Below are positions 63,599 through 64,000 of a stretch of 64,000 bases of DNA, piece after piece. The stretch is from Malacoraja senta. Taxonomy: Eukaryota. Positions within the stretch are counted from its first letter, which is position 1. Every line of letters begins with the position of its first letter. The position numbers were made by a program, and so were the translations under genes. The notes under the pieces are model-generated. The model did not search any database and was not told the DNA's origin. It was given only the letters and a program-made list of their open reading frames with translations. The stretch lies in assembly GCA_038087875.1 (NCBI GenBank), contig CM075990.1, positions 1 through 64,000 on the forward strand, in the 5' to 3' direction.

Positions 63599-63929
63599 AG
63601 GGCCTGTCCTATGGTACGAGGTAATTCAAGAGTTCTCCCGAGTTTTTCCCTGATTCGAACTGGGAGAATGTCTGTAGCGGGTCCATAGGAGTTCGTGGAT
63701 GTCTCGGTAGGTACTAGGGAAATCCGGTAAACTCGTGAAGTTTTTTCAACACTGTGAAAAATGTCCGCGAGTGAAAAAATACTCGTGAAAATTTGTTACT
63801 TTTTACTCGAACGAGCCGCTACGAGACATCCACGAACTCCTATGGACCCGCTACGGACATTCTGCGAGTTCGAATCAGGGGAAAACTCGGGAGAACTCTT
63901 GAATTACCTCGTACAGTGGGACATGCCCT
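63599..63929. mobile_element. PIF/Harbinger-like MITE
   Basis: Long TIRs AGGGCCTGTCC..GGGACATGCCCT, TTA on both sides (63596-63598, 63930-63932). Confidence 0.82.
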
Positions 63930-64000
63930 TTAGGGTAGATGTTTGGGACCTAGATTAGGTGAATTGCCACAGTCTTGTCCCCAGAGCAGTGGAATCTGAA

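Overview
Eukaryotic, transposon-dense DNA with no host gene I can identify. The repeat inventory (CR1 LINEs with an esterase ORF1, V-SINE/HE1-like tRNA SINEs, Rex1/Babar, L1, Penelope) suggests a cartilaginous fish, probably a skate or ray; this is an inference. The centre (21.3-36.4 kb) is a resolvable nest. A CR1 fragment was split by a minus-strand LTR provirus: ~750-bp LTRs, GTCC target duplication, polypurine tract, partial tRNA-Pro PBS, and a decayed gag with a matrix-like start and CCHC knuckle but no visible CA, pro, pol or env. A DIRS1-type tyrosine-recombinase element (terminal repeats plus ICR) integrated at the end of its 5' LTR through a shared AATAGT core. An L1 then inserted into the DIRS with a 114-bp target duplication and retains an uninterrupted 1253-aa ORF2 whose ATG comes from a junction duplication. 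Also present: two copies of a minisatellite-carrying non-autonomous Helitron, Penelope elements and fold-back derivatives with minimal hammerhead-like cores, GC-rich non-coding elements with Rex1-like 3' tails, PIF/Harbinger-like MITEs and a 2-kb almost pure C/A tract. Most short ORFs in the track are antisense or repeat artefacts. Family names come from motif recognition, not database searches, and boundaries of old fragments are approximate.
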